From Eledone cirrhosa (lineage: Eukaryota), in contig OZ024757.1 in assembly GCA_964016885.1 (NCBI GenBank), positions 15,996,001 through 16,060,000 of the forward strand: 64,000 nt of DNA. Direction: 5' to 3'. Positions 58,686-64,000 of this stretch are shown in pieces (the stretch's first letter is position 1; each line of letters begins with the position of its first letter). Below the pieces are notes generated by a model. That model made no database searches. It saw nothing but the letters and a program-made list of their open reading frames with translations, and was not told the DNA's origin. A program made the position numbers and the translations under genes.

Positions 58686-59235
58686 AGTACCCTCGAGACA
58701 TTAGTACTATCAGAAAATGACTTGAGACAAAAGTTGTGATTATCATTATTATTATTACTATTGTTGTTGTTGTTGTTCGTTTAATTATTTTTTTCATTTG
58801 TTCATGTATTTGTTGATTTCTAAAACAATTCAGTTCATTTAACTGTTGAAAGGAATACAGTCTGCAGTTCCAATAAAGCTAGTTATCGTGACTGGTTTAA
58901 TAAAAAAAATGTTTTGTTCTAAAAAAAATGTTGTAATGAAGTCTTTCTTGTCATATATTGAGTTAATTTTTAAAATTAAAATTAAAACGATTGTAAATCC
59001 AGCTTTAAAATGTCTGTTTAATTACAAATGGATTGAGTTTCTCATTTCAAATTTAGATTTAAAGATTTATCCTAATTTCCAATACAGACAAGAAACAACA
59101 ACAACAACAGAAATAACAACAACCAAAACAACAGTCAGTCATAGGTCACGTAACAGTAACAACAACAACCACTAAAATAACAAAAACAAAAATCATTAAA
59201 ACAATAACAACAATAGGAGGTGAATTATATGTACA

Positions 59236-59377
59236 AGCATTGAAAAATGATCCGAAGAACCCAAGCCTAGGTGTGGATGAAACAATTGTAAGTGAATAAA
59301 TGCTTTGAACATAGCTTTGATTCTTGTGAATTCTATATATATATACATATATATATACATATATATATACATATACA

Positions 59378-59431
<54 letters not shown>

Positions 59432-59436
59432 CACAC

Positions 59437-59470
<34 letters not shown>

Positions 59471-59506
59471 ATATATACATATACATATATATATATATAC
59501 ATATAC

Positions 59507-59577
<71 letters not shown>

Positions 59578-59802
59578 CACATATATATATATATATACTT
59601 ATATATATATATATATATACACATATATATATATATACTTATATATATATATATACACATATATATATATATATATACTTATATATATATATACTTATAT
59701 ATATAGCATTGAAAAATGATCCGAAGAACCCAAGCCTACGTGTGGATGAAACAATTGTAAGTGAATAAATGCTTTGAACATAGCTTTGATTCTTGTGAAT
59801 TC

Positions 59803-59803
<1 letters not shown>
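59236..59803 (+). mobile_element. Two direct copies of a 99-bp pLTR-like unit (59236-59334, 59705-59803) with variant HHR cores
   Basis: CCGAAGA-ACCCA..UGGAU-GAAA-CAAUUG-UA; stem I poor; copies separated by (TA)n. Confidence 0.6.
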
Positions 59804-62461
<2,658 letters not shown>

Positions 62462-62462
62462 A

Positions 62463-62861
62463 TTCCATCATCACTGCCCAAATGATGTTGGCATCGCCTT
62501 CAAGATACACCCAAGGCTTGGGCCCCGTGCTATCCGTCCCATTCAAAAATTTAAATCGCAACTCATAACAACAATACGGCACAATTATTTCACCTCAATC
62601 GGCCCTGCTCTCTTCAACATCACACCAGGACACGTCAAAACAGAAACTGACCACACAAAATTCAAGAAATCTTTGGACAAATTCCTCCAAGTAATCCCGG
62701 ACAAACCACCCACACCCGGATATGTCTCCGCAAACAGTAATTCTCTTCTCGAATGGGCCATGGTGCCCAAATCCTGAATTGAAAGACTTCGCCAGGTGGT
62801 GCTATTAAGTAGACATGGCCTCGGCCAATACTGGCCAAAACATTTCAAAGTTATTCAAAGT

Positions 62862-62862
<1 letters not shown>
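62463..62862 (+). mobile_element. CR1-group LINE 3' end
   Basis: Open frame 62463-62777 ..[42 protein letters not shown]; short tandem tail tcaaagtta twice. Confidence 0.85.
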
Positions 62863-62893
<31 letters not shown>

Positions 62894-62947
62894 TATATAC
62901 ATATGTATATATATACATATACATATATATATATATATATACATATG

Positions 62948-63025
<78 letters not shown>

Positions 63026-63182
63026 CATATACATATATACATATATAACGTACGTAGGTGATATTTTAAATAAACATGTTTTAACGGTCTATTCTCCGAT
63101 GTTTACTTTCCCACGTACATATATATATATATACGTATACATATATACATATACATATATATATATATACATATACATGTAC

Positions 63183-63222
<40 letters not shown>

Positions 63223-63278
63223 GTATATATATATATATATACGTATATATATATATATATACGTATATATATATATAT

Positions 63279-63499
63279 ATATTGTTATACTTTGGGAGGG
63301 TCATGTTGCCAATAAGAAACACACGCACCAGTTGCTTTCACTTCAATTTATTATATATTTATAAATTTATAAATTTACAAAATTACAAATTGGTGCGTGT
63401 GTTTCTTATTGGCAACATGACCCTCCCAAAGTATAACAATATCGGTTTCAACACACGATTTCAGATAAAGAATCTTGCTAAACAAATTCAGAAACGAAA
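63279..63499. mobile_element. Fold-back element in (TA)n, arms 63279-63330 and 63391-63442, plus a tail
   Basis: atattgttatactttgggagggtcatgttgccaataagaaacacacgcacca and its exact reverse complement. Confidence 0.8.
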
Positions 63500-63530
63500 T
63501 ATATATATATATATATATATACATATATAC

Positions 63531-63653
<123 letters not shown>

Positions 63654-63660
63654 TATATAC

Positions 63661-63791
<131 letters not shown>

Positions 63792-63842
63792 CATATATAT
63801 ATATACATATACATATATATACATATATATATATACATATAC

Positions 63843-63873
<31 letters not shown>

Positions 63874-64000
63874 CATATACATATATACATATATATATAT
63901 ACATATACATATATACATATATATATATACATATACATATATACATATACATATATACATATATATATATACATATATATATATACATATACATATATAT

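Overview
Extremely AT-rich, microsatellite-saturated eukaryotic non-coding DNA. The SINE repertoire suggests an octopod cephalopod (inference). No host protein-coding gene can be supported, and nearly all ORFs in the track are (TA)n/(CA)n/(GAA)n artefacts. The non-repetitive islands are transposon relics: two tRNA-derived SINE groups, 3' ends of RTE, CR1 and R4/Dong-type LINEs, mariner, Tc2-like and hAT MITEs, and many short Penelope-like element (PLE) pseudo-LTR families inserted in (TA)n, often as near-perfect fold-back hairpins. By-eye folding finds 15 type I hammerhead ribozyme (HHR) motifs with intact CUGANGA/GAAA/NUH cores in about 8 sequence families, plus variant and degenerate copies. 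Highlights: a 125-bp tandem array with one HHR core per unit (retrozyme-like), a truncated PLE with 457-bp inverted arms around a GIY-YIG fragment, HHRs with 80-90-nt stem II inserts, and a 7-copy family that repeatedly truncates or folds back inside the ribozyme's presumed stem II.
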